A stretch of 64,000 bases of DNA from assembly GCA_040285825.1 (NCBI GenBank), contig JAUPSS010000002.1, forward strand, positions 3,782,001 through 3,846,000, given 5' to 3'. The notes beneath the pieces are model-generated. The model saw only the letters and a program-made list of their open reading frames with translations. It was not told where the DNA came from and made no database searches. The stretch comes from Eukaryota sp. TZLM1-RC. Taxonomy: Eukaryota; Protista; Metamonada: BaSk clade. The translations under genes and the position numbers were made by a program. Shown here piece after piece: positions 10,718 through 21,729 of the stretch. The stretch's first letter is position 1, and each line of letters begins with the position of its first letter.

Positions 10718-12542
10718 CTCTGAAGGAGTATTCATCTATATGGATGATATCATCGTAGCCGCCTCAACGAAAGAAGCTTTCTTACAAAGAATAGACTACA
10801 TCCTGTCTCGTGCTCGCCGTTATCGTGTGAGAATCGGTCTTCACAAGTGTTCCTTCCAGACCGACCGACATCCTATCAAGATACGTGGAACCATCTTTGA
10901 AGATGGAAATCGCCGCATCGATCCTTCCAAGATAGAAACCGTACGTAACCTAGCCCCTCCGACTTCCGTCCCCGAACTCCGATCCTTCACTGGCTCGATC
11001 AATTTTCTCCGTGACTGGCTCCCCTCTGTGTCCAAAGAACTTGCCCCCTTAACTGCATTATTGAAGAACAAACCTAAACGCATCAAGTTAGGACCTCAAG
11101 AACTCCAATGCTTCAACAATATCAAGGAAATGGTGATTAATAGCCTTCCTCTCGCCTTACCTGACCCAGATGACACAATTCTAGTGTCCACCGATGCATC
11201 CGACAAAGCTATCGCTGGTATTGTCTGGAAAGAGTTAGAACCTTCCCCCCCAGGAACCTGCCTTTCAAAACGCAAGGTAATGCCCGTGTCATTCTACTCA
11301 CGTATTCTGACTCCTTCACAACAGCGATGGTCCACCCTTCAGAAAGAGCTTTTCGCTATTGTCATGACGCTGAACCAACCTAATCTCTCACCGTATCTTC
11401 TCACCAAGCACCTAACCATTTTCTGCAATCACAAGAACCTTGCCTATTTGTTCTCTTGCCCCGACAACAATCGAGTTGTTCTCCGATGGATCCCCGTCCT
11501 TCAGTCCTTCTCCTTCGATTGCGTTCACATTGAAGGAACTAAGAACTACTGGGATGACTACTTATCTAGGGCTAACTATGTCGAAACAGCTACAAAGAAG
11601 AAGAAAAAAGAAGAGAAGAAGACCAGAAGTGTCTTTGACAACCCTGCGCCCGCCCTGTGCTGCATGATGACTCATCGAGGATCGGCTAGATCTCCATTAT
11701 GGAATTACCTGAACCTCGACGGTCTGACGCACTCCTCTCCTCATTGGTATGACATTGACTTTGATACCGCCCGTAGAACCCATCACCCCTCTGCTCTCCG
11801 TCCCGAGCATTCCGTGACTGCTTACCTCAACTCCTGCAAACATTTCATCCAATATAATTTGAATCCCGAGCCTAACGAACTACTCTCTCCCTCTTCCGCC
11901 CGCTTCTTCGTCCTCTCAACTGATTTACCACTCCTGTTTAACAACACAATCGCTCCAAGAGACTTTGGCAAAGCTGCTTTTAATCCTCGATCTGTGTCCG
12001 TTCCTATTGACCCCGATGCTGAACCCCTTTGTCTTTATGCCAGAAACTTCAAGGTTAATGATTTGATTCAACAAGCCAACTGGAACTCTCGCATCTATTT
12101 CCAGCATCCCAAGATGCCCCAGTTAGACTACCTCCCCAAGGTTATGCCCCTGAACGCTCACCTCATTATTCTCAACTGCATTCATCCCGATGTCACTCTA
12201 GGTTCTCTAATTGACTATGCGCATATCTTCCACTTGATCCCTCTCCCCACTCACATGGCCCCTTTTAGCTGGGAAAGAAACCGCCACCTCACCCACCGAT
12301 ACCACCTTCTAATCAATCGATCATATCTGATTAAGGACCCACCACCGTTATATTTCCCCAACCTGTGGAAACGTGCCAACCAAAGTAGCCGCTGCTTTCA
12401 TGATTCAACCCCCCTTCCTTGCAACCCCAGAGAATGTTCAAACTCCCCTAAATGTGATCATTTCCCCTGGATTCCTGATACTCATACCGGTACCCCTTTT
12501 GGTGAACAGCTATATGATTTTGCTTACTCCCTACCGCTCTGA
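10635..12542 (+). CDS. Gypsy RT C-terminus, RNase H and first part of an unknown insertion domain
   Basis: FGLKNVPAVFQ, YMDD, TDASDKAIAG, KELFAIV; CNHKNL in place of canonical TDHxxL. Confidence 0.92.
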   Translation, partial: RKIKYTRAAFGLKNVPAVFQNLMKGIFDSEGVFIYMDDIIVAASTKEAFLQRIDYILSRARRYRVRIGLHKCSFQTDRHPIKIRGTIFEDGNRRIDPSKIETVRNLAPPTSVPELRSFTGSINFLRDWLPSVSKELAPLTALLKNKPKRIKLGPQELQCFNNIKEMVINSLPLALPDPDDTILVSTDASDKAIAGIVWKELEPSPPGTCLSKRKVMPVSFYSRILTPSQQRWSTLQKELFAIVMTLNQPNLSPYLLTKHLTIFCNHKNLAYLFSCPDNNRVVLRWIPVLQSFSFDCVHIEGTKNYWDDYLSRANYVETATKKKKKEEKKTRSVFDNPAPALCCMMTHRGSARSPLWNYLNLDGLTHSSPHWYDIDFDTARRTHHPSALRPEHSVTAYLNSCKHFIQYNLNPEPNELLSPSSARFFVLSTDLPLLFNNTIAPRDFGKAAFNPRSVSVPIDPDAEPLCLYARNFKVNDLIQQANWNSRIYFQHPKMPQLDYLPKVMPLNAHLIILNCIHPDVTLGSLIDYAHIFHLIPLPTHMAPFSWERNRHLTHRYHLLINRSYLIKDPPPLYFPNLWKRANQSSRCFHDSTPLPCNPRECSNSPKCDHFPWIPDTHTGTPFGEQLYDFAYSLPL

Positions 12543-14737
12543 CATACTCTGACCTGAGACCTACCCCTAAACGCCCCGCCTTAACCGATCACCAACCTTT
12601 CCCTGACCCCTTTTACGCCGACTACACTTTACCCTCATCTCGAGATATCACTTCTTTCATTCCCCTTTGCCTAATCAAGCCTGAGATCCACTCCGTCTAC
12701 CATTACGACGATGACGAGGTCACTCCCTGTCCCATAGCCATTCCTTGCCTGGAGATGGTTTATAGTCATCGAATAGACCCTCGTGATAGAGGAATTCACT
12801 ACCACTATTTGCCGCTGGACTATCACTCAGTCCTTGGAACCGAAGATGAACCCCGATTCATGCTAGAAACTTCTCAGGTCTGCTCTCACTTCGAGGACAT
12901 CCGTTCCCTGCTGTTTGACAGCCCTACTCAATACCGCTCCCGTCTCGACTTCATTATTCGAGATAAAGTTCTCGAAATCATTAGTTATAGAGATGGTCGT
13001 CAGGCCTTCATAGACATCAACCGCTCTTCAGACGATCTCCCCACTTACTACCTTCCTAGTTCCCAGTTCCACTTGCCTACCCGCAGAGAGATATTTGAAC
13101 TTCACCCGGAAGTGTTCGATCATCCCCGTTTCCTCCGTTCCCAGTTCATGTCCGAAGATGATGAACGTGATCGTAAATTCAGTTCCGATTCCGCCATGAT
13201 TGAGATTTCCTCTGATTCCGACTCTCACTACGTTGCTGCCTTGGTTCATTCCCTATCTGAATCTCCTGCCAGTTCCGATTTGATCAACAATCCCCTTGTC
13301 CGAAACTCACCCGCCCGTTCATTCCTTGACAAGCTATTCAAGGAACAACAAAAGATCCCCGATAGTGACCCTCTGTTTGATGATTGTAAGATTGAACCTC
13401 AACTGGGTTTAAAACTAACCCGATCCAATAAGATCTTGGTTCCGCCTTCTCTTCGATCCGAGATCCTCCTTCTGATTCACGGATCCACCGAAGCCGGACA
13501 TCCTCCTTTCGCTCAATGTTGGAAGTCCCTCCAACAATCTGACTTCCACTGGCCCAACATGCGAAGCGACCTCCAAACCCACATCAACACTTGTATCCCT
13601 TGCCAAAAGACTGCCCCCGTTCCTAAGACACTGATTTCCTCCACTGGATCTTTGAATTCCGTTCGCCGCCCATTTGAAAGCATCCACTGCGATTCCATTG
13701 GCCCCCTGCCTGTTGACTCCTATGGTTACCGATACATTGTTCATTTTGTTGATGCATTCTCCAAGTTCAGTATCCTAGTCCCTACAAAAGACCTTAAAGC
13801 ATTAACCGTAACCAACTCCCTAATCTCCTCCGTGTACTCCGTTTTTGGTGCTCCGCGATGCATACATTCTGATAACGGTCCCGAATTCGCTAACAAGATA
13901 TTCGGCCTGCTATGCCAATTCCTGAACGTTGAACATACTCAGTCCTTGCCCCACTACCATCAATCTAATGGATTGGTAGAACGTCAACACCGAAGCTTTC
14001 TTCAAGTCATTCGACGTATGCTGCTCGACTTCTCCGATTACCATAACTGGTCTGATTACGTTCCCCTCTGCCAGATGGTACTAAACTCACAAGAAAGGAA
14101 AGCTCTGAACGCCTCCCCTTATAGTCTACTTTTCGGATCTGACACCTCTCCTCGCCTCTTGCCCAACCAGCTATTGACTTCCTTAGCCTCCCACTCCTTG
14201 CCTGCTGACAAGCCAGAATTCATCGAACATCTGCACAAGTTGACAGAGAAGCTCATTTCTTCCTGGGAAGCTGTAGGTCAATCCATTGATCAATCTACTA
14301 TCGATATACCTGAGCCCTCTTATCGTCCTCAAGTAGACGACCGAGTCTTTGTTCTGCGCGAGAAGCCAGACAAACTTCATGGTCATTATGTCGGACCCTA
14401 CACCGTTCAGAAGATTTTATCCTCCAGTTCCATTCTTGTTCTGAATCCGGTTACTCGCTCTTCCTTGAAAACTTCAGTACATCTCATTAAGCCTTGTTAC
14501 TCTTCCTTGCCGCCCGCTGTTCTAGATGCCTATGCCGCTGCAGATTCTGGAGAGGCCTTTCTAGACGCTATTCTTGACATCTCAAGTAATCTAGCTACTG
14601 TTTTGTGGTCTGATGGGACTACCACCAAACAACCTGTCTCATCCATAAAGAATACTTCCGCCTATTCCCGGTATATGAAACTATCCGATCCTCCTGCTAA
14701 GAAACAACGGAAAAGAAAGAAGAAGAGGCAGTGTTAG
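12542..14737 (+). CDS. Rest of the insertion domain plus Gypsy integrase (HHCC, DDE, GPY/F, degenerate chromo-like tail)
   Basis: HGSTEAGH..CIPC; IHCDSIG, HSDNGPEF, GLVERQH; YVGPYTV; frame is open from 12542; stop lies inside the 3' LTR. Confidence 0.92.
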   Translation, partial: TYSDLRPTPKRPALTDHQPFPDPFYADYTLPSSRDITSFIPLCLIKPEIHSVYHYDDDEVTPCPIAIPCLEMVYSHRIDPRDRGIHYHYLPLDYHSVLGTEDEPRFMLETSQVCSHFEDIRSLLFDSPTQYRSRLDFIIRDKVLEIISYRDGRQAFIDINRSSDDLPTYYLPSSQFHLPTRREIFELHPEVFDHPRFLRSQFMSEDDERDRKFSSDSAMIEISSDSDSHYVAALVHSLSESPASSDLINNPLVRNSPARSFLDKLFKEQQKIPDSDPLFDDCKIEPQLGLKLTRSNKILVPPSLRSEILLLIHGSTEAGHPPFAQCWKSLQQSDFHWPNMRSDLQTHINTCIPCQKTAPVPKTLISSTGSLNSVRRPFESIHCDSIGPLPVDSYGYRYIVHFVDAFSKFSILVPTKDLKALTVTNSLISSVYSVFGAPRCIHSDNGPEFANKIFGLLCQFLNVEHTQSLPHYHQSNGLVERQHRSFLQVIRRMLLDFSDYHNWSDYVPLCQMVLNSQERKALNASPYSLLFGSDTSPRLLPNQLLTSLASHSLPADKPEFIEHLHKLTEKLISSWEAVGQSIDQSTIDIPEPSYRPQVDDRVFVLREKPDKLHGHYVGPYTVQKILSSSSILVLNPVTRSSLKTSVHLIKPCYSSLPPAVLDAYAAADSGEAFLDAILDISSNLATVLWSDGTTTKQPVSSIKNTSAYSRYMKLSDPPAKKQRKRKKKRQC
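14709..14731 (+). promoter_or_regulatory. Polypurine tract
   Basis: GGAAAAGAAAGAAGAAGAGGCAG immediately before the 3' LTR. Confidence 0.85.
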
Positions 14738-14902
14738 CCAGGCTAAACTCCTCCTGCCTATTTCGGAAAGTATGACGTGATGTATCACGTCATCTTTAGT
14801 TTAAATTCGTTTTTGTTTAATATATTTTCGATTTTCTACCTCTGTTCTATAAACATCTGTTTTTATTCGTTTATGGAAAACCAACGTGCACTAAAGCCAA
14901 CA
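14732..14902 (+). repeat. 3' LTR (171 bp)
   Basis: Identical to 7571-7741. Confidence 0.97.
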
Positions 14903-15689
14903 CTAGACCCTTATCTTAATTAATGTGAGTGACATTAATTAAGGTAAACAGTGTAGACTAGGTCATCCCCAATACAGATATCAAAAACTTGTTTCAAGAT
15001 CATAAAGGTGTTATCATTTGTACTGACTTGTTGTACAAAAACATAACGATTCAGTAACTCTGAATAGATTACAACAATTGGCAGAAATTCTTGATCCGTA
15101 TCAATTAAAGATTTTGCAATTCGGTGGTGTTCCTTATTTACTGATTTGCAGGTATTTCACGGTCTGCATTACTGGTAATAGTCAAGAATCACTCAATATC
15201 ACTTGTGCAAAATTAATGGGATATGAGATTCAAACTCGTTACAAACAATGTTTCCGAAATCAAACAATATTGAACAATGGCTTTAATGTTTGCAGACACA
15301 GAATCAACAACACTCATTTTAATTCAAATACCTATGGAATGAGACGATGCCCAAACTCGACTCTAGACAACGAATGCATATAAGCAAAATGTTAACCATA
15401 ACTCTTGCATTTTCTACATTATCAACACTAGAATTGAATTCAACAAAGTACAAATAATTTGTTCATTCTTTCGGTACTCATAGCACATTGATGACGGGGA
15501 TCCTGGTTCAAACTAGCAGTTCAAAAACTGCGTTTCATTGTTGCACAAAACCAACAACAACAAAAACTGATATTGCACAAAACGTCTAAAAGAGTTGCTG
15601 AAGTATTAATTTCAATAGATTTCAATAGTGAAAGGGTATACAATGTAATGTTTATCATGTAATGTTCTTGAAATGTTGACCATTAAATT

Positions 15690-16100
15690 TTAGATTCGGA
15701 TGTAAATAATCCTCTTCCTGCAGGCGAAAAATATAAAATTGCTAAATAGGCGAAATTCATTTCCTCAGTTAATGAAAATTCTTATGCCCAATATAATTTA
15801 TGTCCCTTTGTTTTTTCTTTGCTTGGATCTCTAGGTAAGGCTGCTATGACTTTCCTTGAGGGGTTTTTGTAGTTGTAAAGGAAAGAACTGGAAGAATTTT
15901 CAATCGTGTTTACTGGCAAAACAGGATTGTATTTATTATTTTTAAGGGAATGGTAAAACTATTTTCTGATTCACTCTCTTCTTTTGGAAATTTTCTGAAT
16001 CTTTAGCCATTAATTGTTTTGATGTAGGGGAGGCGGTTTTGAAGATGTGGAGTTTTAATTGTGTATTTTATGTTTTCATATTTGTTGTTGAATAAAATAA
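15690..16100 (+). mobile_element. 3' fragment of RLE LINE family B
   Basis: Matches the reverse complement of about 45915-46325 (SDVNNPL..EKYKIAK..YNLCPFVFSLLGSLG); ends approximate. Confidence 0.85.
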
Positions 16101-16140
16101 AAGATAAATTTAAATTTAGATTTGACAAAAAATAACTAAA

Positions 16141-16390
16141 AAACAATGGAAAAGATTGAGACAACCGTCTCCACTGAAACACAAACGAGATTATGAGTTA
16201 AAGACCCAAGACCATTCAGGCAAGCAAAGACTCCAAGGGTCCTTATACATGGATTACTCACTTGCAAAAAGTGTGGATGTCTAAGGAATCGTAATGTCAA
16301 TGCTGTTCTTAATATGATTCATGTTCTGGATCAGTATGTTAAAGGAAACGAAAGACGTCAATTTTTGAAAAGATCAACTTATCTCATCTT
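16141..16390 (+). pseudogene. Degenerate Fanzor C-terminal remnant (third subfamily)
   Basis: Translates KDPRPFRQAKTPRVLIHGLLTCKKCGCLRNRNVNAVLNMIHVLDQYVKGNERRQFLKRS, parallel to NPRPWK..HGFTMCKSCESLWNRDRNASLNM..GGNRPKYLER at 25997. Confidence 0.8.
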
Positions 16391-16446
16391 CTACTCCAAT
16401 AATCTCAACGGGTTACTACTATTTGACATTTTTGTGCTATTAGCGG

Positions 16447-17811
16447 ATGTCTGTTGAAACATTTGCTTCCGAATATGTAACTTCCAGCTGTCAGCCTTCG
16501 TGTCCATTTGTACTCGGGCCATTTGACAATCTTGTTGGTCCATCTATTCCTATAGAAGTGGTTTATGTTTATAAGATTGGTTTTCCAGCTACTGAACTTC
16601 GACTGGCTCTTAATCATCTACTTACATATTATCCTCAACTCACTGGACGTCTTTCTCTCAACAGCAATGATGAGGCCTACGAAATCACACACTTTGATCA
16701 AGGAATGCAGTTTGTTGAGGCTAAGTGCTCTACCCCTTTAAGCTCTTTTCTTCCAGAAACCTCGACTCCGACAGTTCTAGATTTGCCTGGCCAAGGGTGT
16801 GATCTTCTTCCTTATTTCAACAACTGTTATCCCAATGTTCTATATGAACCCATTTTTGGGATTCAACACACCACGTTTTCATGTGGATCTGTTGCTTTGG
16901 GGGTACGTCTTCACCATGCTGTTACTGATGCATATGGTCTCAATCTACTCATGACTCATCTTTCTGATCTGTTTCGTCAACATTCTCTCAGCGTACCTTC
17001 TCCTACTTTATCTTCTCCTCCCATTATACAACCATTCTTTCCATCTACTGACATTGACCCTTCGTATCAACCGGACCTCTACTCTCTTCCTGGTGAAGCA
17101 CCTCCAGCTGTCCCTGAAGTTGAGGCCCCTAACGTTCCAGACCATAAAGTTTGTGGTAAGATTATTACAGTATCAGAAGATCAAGTTTTGCAATTGAAAA
17201 AGGTTGTTCAAGGTTCAGATTCTTCTACCTCTGTCTCCTCCTTTGAAGCTCTCTCTACATTCTTCTACAAACTCATTCATCAAGCTCGACATCAGTTTTT
17301 CGGTCCTTCTCAGCTCTCTCCTCCTTCATTCCTCACTTCAGTTGACTGTCGTTCTCGTTTGAATCCCCCTTTGAGTAGTTCTTACTTCCACAATGCTGTT
17401 CTCACGGCTTGCATGGAGATGTCCACTGAAGAACTGTTAAATGAATCTATTTCCAACATTGCTGAAAAGATTCATAATGTGACAAGAGGCGATCGTCTTT
17501 TGCCTAATGAAATTGAAAAAACTCTTCAATGGATTAATCAGACTCCAAGCAAGAGATCAATCCAGTTGAATTTCAGGTTTGGTAATGGTTCCTTGCTCTC
17601 TAGTTCATGGACTAGGTTGTCTTTGTTTGACACTAATTTCACTTGTCGGCCTTTCATTGCGGGGGTACCCTTCACTAGTGGATTAACAGTTGATGGGCTC
17701 ATTTACTTTTTACCAAATATAAACAACGGCGTTGATGTGAGATTGTGTTTATTGGAACCCGTTTGGGAAGTTTTGGAAAATATGGAGGAATTTAAGAAAG
17801 TATTTGGTTAA
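16447..17811 (+). CDS. BAHD-family CoA-dependent acyltransferase
   Basis: YPQLTGRL, QHTTFSCGSVALGVRLHHAVTDAYG (HXXXD), DCRSRL, YFHNAV, SSWTRL. Confidence 0.9.
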   Translation: MSVETFASEYVTSSCQPSCPFVLGPFDNLVGPSIPIEVVYVYKIGFPATELRLALNHLLTYYPQLTGRLSLNSNDEAYEITHFDQGMQFVEAKCSTPLSSFLPETSTPTVLDLPGQGCDLLPYFNNCYPNVLYEPIFGIQHTTFSCGSVALGVRLHHAVTDAYGLNLLMTHLSDLFRQHSLSVPSPTLSSPPIIQPFFPSTDIDPSYQPDLYSLPGEAPPAVPEVEAPNVPDHKVCGKIITVSEDQVLQLKKVVQGSDSSTSVSSFEALSTFFYKLIHQARHQFFGPSQLSPPSFLTSVDCRSRLNPPLSSSYFHNAVLTACMEMSTEELLNESISNIAEKIHNVTRGDRLLPNEIEKTLQWINQTPSKRSIQLNFRFGNGSLLSSSWTRLSLFDTNFTCRPFIAGVPFTSGLTVDGLIYFLPNINNGVDVRLCLLEPVWEVLENMEEFKKVFG

Positions 17812-18690
17812 TTGTTCATATTTGATAATTATTCTAGTGATTCTTTTGTTTGAAATAATCAGTGACAATGATGATTTTTTAAATTGAAAATAAGATAAAC
17901 ATTACTTGTAGTTTTTCTTCATTCTAACAATTTATCTACCACAACTTTTCTATTGAAAGCTCATTGTAATATCCCAAAAACGTGTTGATTTCGGTTCCAA
18001 ACGTTTGCTTTTTTGATACGTTGGACACTAAAACGCTTTGAAATTGGTGTGCGCTAGTGGTCAGTTGCAATATGTTCTTGCTCCTTTCCATCTAATTCTT
18101 CTCCCAATAGTAGATATGTAATATTGAGTTGTTGATTTAAATATTGGTAATTAGTTCATATAATGTAAATATAGAGTTTACTAATTGAATTGGTTGCTGA
18201 ACTTTATAAATTATTAATTTTACTAATTAATTTTATTAATTTTACAATGTCATTTTGTACGACTCTTAATTCAACATTTGTGGCAATATATTGTCGTAAC
18301 AGAGGTGATTTAATGCTAGCAAATTCCTTGACAAATTCAGGAATTTTCAATTCATTTTCAATTTTGCAAATTCTTGGCTGATTTGGATTCTGTGAATTTT
18401 AATTTTTGTGTTTAGTTTTATGAAAGTAATGAATTAAAAATAAATAAAAAAGTGGCAATATATAACAACACTAAACTAAAACAATGTTGGCATTTGTAAC
18501 TGGGTAGATCATGCGATTAAATCAAGGTTACTACAAAAGATGTTCAATAACCATACGAACGTAATGATTCAGCAGAACAAATTAACTCAAAATCAAAAAG
18601 GAACAGTGAATTTGCTATTTGACAGATGACATTGATGGAAATAAGAATTCCAGTTTTCGACGATTTACGGTATGAAGACTTTGATTCAAT

Positions 18691-18807
18691 TGTTGGCTTC
18701 AGTGCACAATTATCCATAAACTAGAATATGTATTTAAACTAATGATGACGTGATGTATCACGTCATACTTTCCAAAACGGGAAGGTTGAGTTTAGCCTTA
18801 GCTAACA
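18691..18807 (-). mobile_element. Solo LTR related to the Gypsy LTR (117 bp, shorter middle), CAAT TSD
   Basis: Minus strand TGTTAGCTAAGGCTAAACTC..ATGACGTGATACATCACGTCAT..GTGCACTGAAGCCAACA; CAAT at 18687-18690 and 18808-18811. Confidence 0.9.
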
Positions 18808-19509
18808 CAATGTTATTATCTAACTGCTTTTAATTTTTAAACTTGCTTTGCACTAGAAATAATTTTCTGATTCTCCCTGTGCAAAATGAGCACCTTGATA
18901 AAATTTTTCATGTCCTTGAAAGCTCACATTCAAAAATTTTAATTGGTAATATTCTTGCTGAGTATATTGTGTTGTCAATACACTTTTAAATTTCAGTCCA
19001 CGCCTACAAGAATCATCAGTCCTTCTCAAGTACTTGTGAGCAATACCAACTCGATATAAATGGTAGTGAATCTGTGTATCAATTGGTTAAAATTTGCCAT
19101 CCAATATTAGCAAGACCCATCAAAAGCTGTCAGTTTCGAATCAAACATAATAATTGTTGATTGAAGGTTACAACATTGAAGTCCTCATCACGCTTAAGTA
19201 ATGTTCGATATATCAAAAGTTGCTGTACAAACTTTAACTGAGCAAAAACAAAAGAAAAATCGTCGGATAACGCCAAGATCCAAGGAGATTGCAGATTTAT
19301 ATTTGCTACAAACTTCCATGACTGAACAAATGTCGAATACAGATCGAATTATTAATTTGAATAAGTTGGCGGTAATTGAAGTTCATGCAAGTAGTAGAGA
19401 CAGATTGGTTAACCTACAAAGATGCATTGACCAAAGAAAATTTCGAAATCTTAAACTTCTACATTGTTGTTGACCATTAATTACATTGTTATAGGCATTA
19501 TCTGCAAGA

Positions 19510-21441
19510 ATGGGTGTTCGCGGTCTTTCTTCTTACATTCGCTACATTCTATCTACCCAAGGACAAATTGTTCAATCATTTGATTTCAATGAGCGTCAAC
19601 GAAGAGAACTCACTTTTTGTGTTGATGTGGCAAACTTTACGCACGGGATCGCTTACTCATTCTGCAAACACTGGTATCACGGAGCTCCAGATGGGACCTT
19701 TTACCCTTCACTATTGGAACTGTTCTCACAACTGAAGAAACGAAACATCATCTTCCACTTCTATCTTGAAGTTAGCTCCACAAAATCGTTGGACGAAAAA
19801 GAACACGAATCATTCAAAAGATCAGAAAATTATTGGTCGGATATGAAAAAACTTCAAGCCGATTTGGTAGCTGAAATCCCAACAGATGATCTTCGAGGTA
19901 AAAGTGTATTGGTATTCTCTGAGATTGTGTTTCTTTTAATAATCAAAGCTGCCACGGTGGTAGGGTTCCCATTCTCTATTGTTAATGGTGAGGGAGATTA
20001 TGCCATGGTTGAGTTATGTCGTCAGTCGAACGTATACGGTGTTATCAGTGGAGATAGCGATTTTTGCACATTCCCTAACTCAACTTGGATTTTGAGTGAT
20101 TCGATTGGTGGCTGGCACAAACTATTGAGGTCACTGCAGTTCAACAAACCACACAAAGTCATGTACATGTCAAATAGTCGTTTAATGACTAATTTAAGAG
20201 TTGATCCAATTGACATAGCCGCCCTTGCTGGATGTGATATGTCTAAAGTTGAGCCTAACCAATACCTCCAAGACAACGTAAGGGGATGGAACTCGAGAGC
20301 GAGAGTCAGTGAAAAGGTAGAGTTTATCATTAATCATTTACAAAGAGTTAATGGGCTCAAGAAATGCCCACAATGGAAGGCTTACTGTGATGCTAATGCC
20401 GAAATAGCTGAAAACTACCAGGAAATCCGCAACTTTTTCGAGTCTTACAACAACAGCGACGGTCAAGCAAGCACAGTAGAGGTCACCTCTGTTCATGAAA
20501 TCTATGCAGCTTGGTTTGAAGCTATTTGTAAGTCTGAGTGTGTGCTTTTGCCTATTTCCTTATTTTACAAGGGTTTTTCTACGGTAGACAGTGATGGAAA
20601 CGACATTTCCAAGTTCGTATCTATAACTTCCCTAAAGAGGAATTTAATTTTCTGTGGTAGTGCACTGTATCGTCGGTTGTATCTGCATGAAAATGACAAT
20701 TATGAGGTTTTCCTACATGGGCAGTTTGAACCTAATGAAGCTGCACAGAGAAATCCCAACTATGAAGTCAACCCAAAGGACTACCTCCTCCCTTGTATCA
20801 ATTCTGAGCTTGTAACAGCAGAGATCTCTGTTAAAATCACAGCACTCACCAAGTTGGCCGTTTTCCTTGCTTCAGGAAGATTGATGGATAATGACGACGA
20901 GAACAATACCGGCAACAGATTGAATGATCTCATTAGTGGAGTATCTTTTTCAGTAATTCCCCTTTTGCTATTAGTACCATTGTTGAGTTTTCTGGCTGAG
21001 AAGACGATGTTTTCTGATATGAAGGAGTCTTGCAATTTCATAACAATGACTGATCTTGGGTTGTTAGTTGTACTGATTTGTTATAGATACTTATCACGTC
21101 AGCAGACGAACTTTAAAAAGGAGCATCGCCCTTGCTTTGATACCATTTTCTGTGTTCATTTCATTAGGAGTTGCTTTTCTGAATTTGCCAAGATTTTTTC
21201 CCTTTTAAAAATCAATGATTACCACGAATTGTTGTCTTTAGTGGATTTTGCTGCTTTGTGTCGTTTTGCTGGTCATGTCAAGTCTGAGGGCATGAAGTTC
21301 AGTTCATTCAATGAGTTGTTTCAATCTTTAATGGATCAGTCCATTGTATTTAGAATGGTAAAAAGAGATGATTTATGGACTTTGTCAACGTTGGTATGGA
21401 CTGCTGCTTTTGGTGATATTGAAATTTCCGATCAGTTTTAA
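19510..21441 (+). CDS. XPG/asteroid/FAM120-like PIN-domain protein
   Basis: MGVRGLSSYI, CVDVANF, GEGDYAM..GVISGDSDFCTF, AALAGCD. Confidence 0.8.
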   Translation: MGVRGLSSYIRYILSTQGQIVQSFDFNERQRRELTFCVDVANFTHGIAYSFCKHWYHGAPDGTFYPSLLELFSQLKKRNIIFHFYLEVSSTKSLDEKEHESFKRSENYWSDMKKLQADLVAEIPTDDLRGKSVLVFSEIVFLLIIKAATVVGFPFSIVNGEGDYAMVELCRQSNVYGVISGDSDFCTFPNSTWILSDSIGGWHKLLRSLQFNKPHKVMYMSNSRLMTNLRVDPIDIAALAGCDMSKVEPNQYLQDNVRGWNSRARVSEKVEFIINHLQRVNGLKKCPQWKAYCDANAEIAENYQEIRNFFESYNNSDGQASTVEVTSVHEIYAAWFEAICKSECVLLPISLFYKGFSTVDSDGNDISKFVSITSLKRNLIFCGSALYRRLYLHENDNYEVFLHGQFEPNEAAQRNPNYEVNPKDYLLPCINSELVTAEISVKITALTKLAVFLASGRLMDNDDENNTGNRLNDLISGVSFSVIPLLLLVPLLSFLAEKTMFSDMKESCNFITMTDLGLLVVLICYRYLSRQQTNFKKEHRPCFDTIFCVHFIRSCFSEFAKIFSLLKINDYHELLSLVDFAALCRFAGHVKSEGMKFSSFNELFQSLMDQSIVFRMVKRDDLWTLSTLVWTAAFGDIEISDQF

Positions 21442-21729
21442 TTTGGAATTGTATTGTTAGGGTCAGGGTTAGGAATGTGGAATTGTCTGCTTGTAACATA
21501 AACGTTCAACATCATTAACATTTGCTTTATTCAGATATTTACTGTGCTTCTGATTGCTTATTTTTAATTTTAAAAAATGCAACAATTGACATCAACTGCA
21601 CATGCCTTGGTGTCGTGGAAAATGGTAAACCTGTTGTGAAGGCCATACAAAGGATTTATCACCTAGAGTGGCACACAAAGACAACAAAATAAGTTATAAA
21701 TTCTTGATCAATTTTTTTTGACCAAAATT

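Larger units (their letters stand above)
7571..14902 (+). mobile_element. Ty3/Gypsy LTR retrotransposon, complete, recent, with inactivating lesions
   Basis: Identical TG..CA LTRs, CTAG TSD (7567-7570, 14903-14906), domain order gag-PR-RT-RH-IN, PPT before the 3' LTR. Confidence 0.97.

Noticed and set aside
21457-21473. TTAGGGTCAGGGTTAGG as an interstitial telomere
   Set aside because: Under three degenerate units; too short to support
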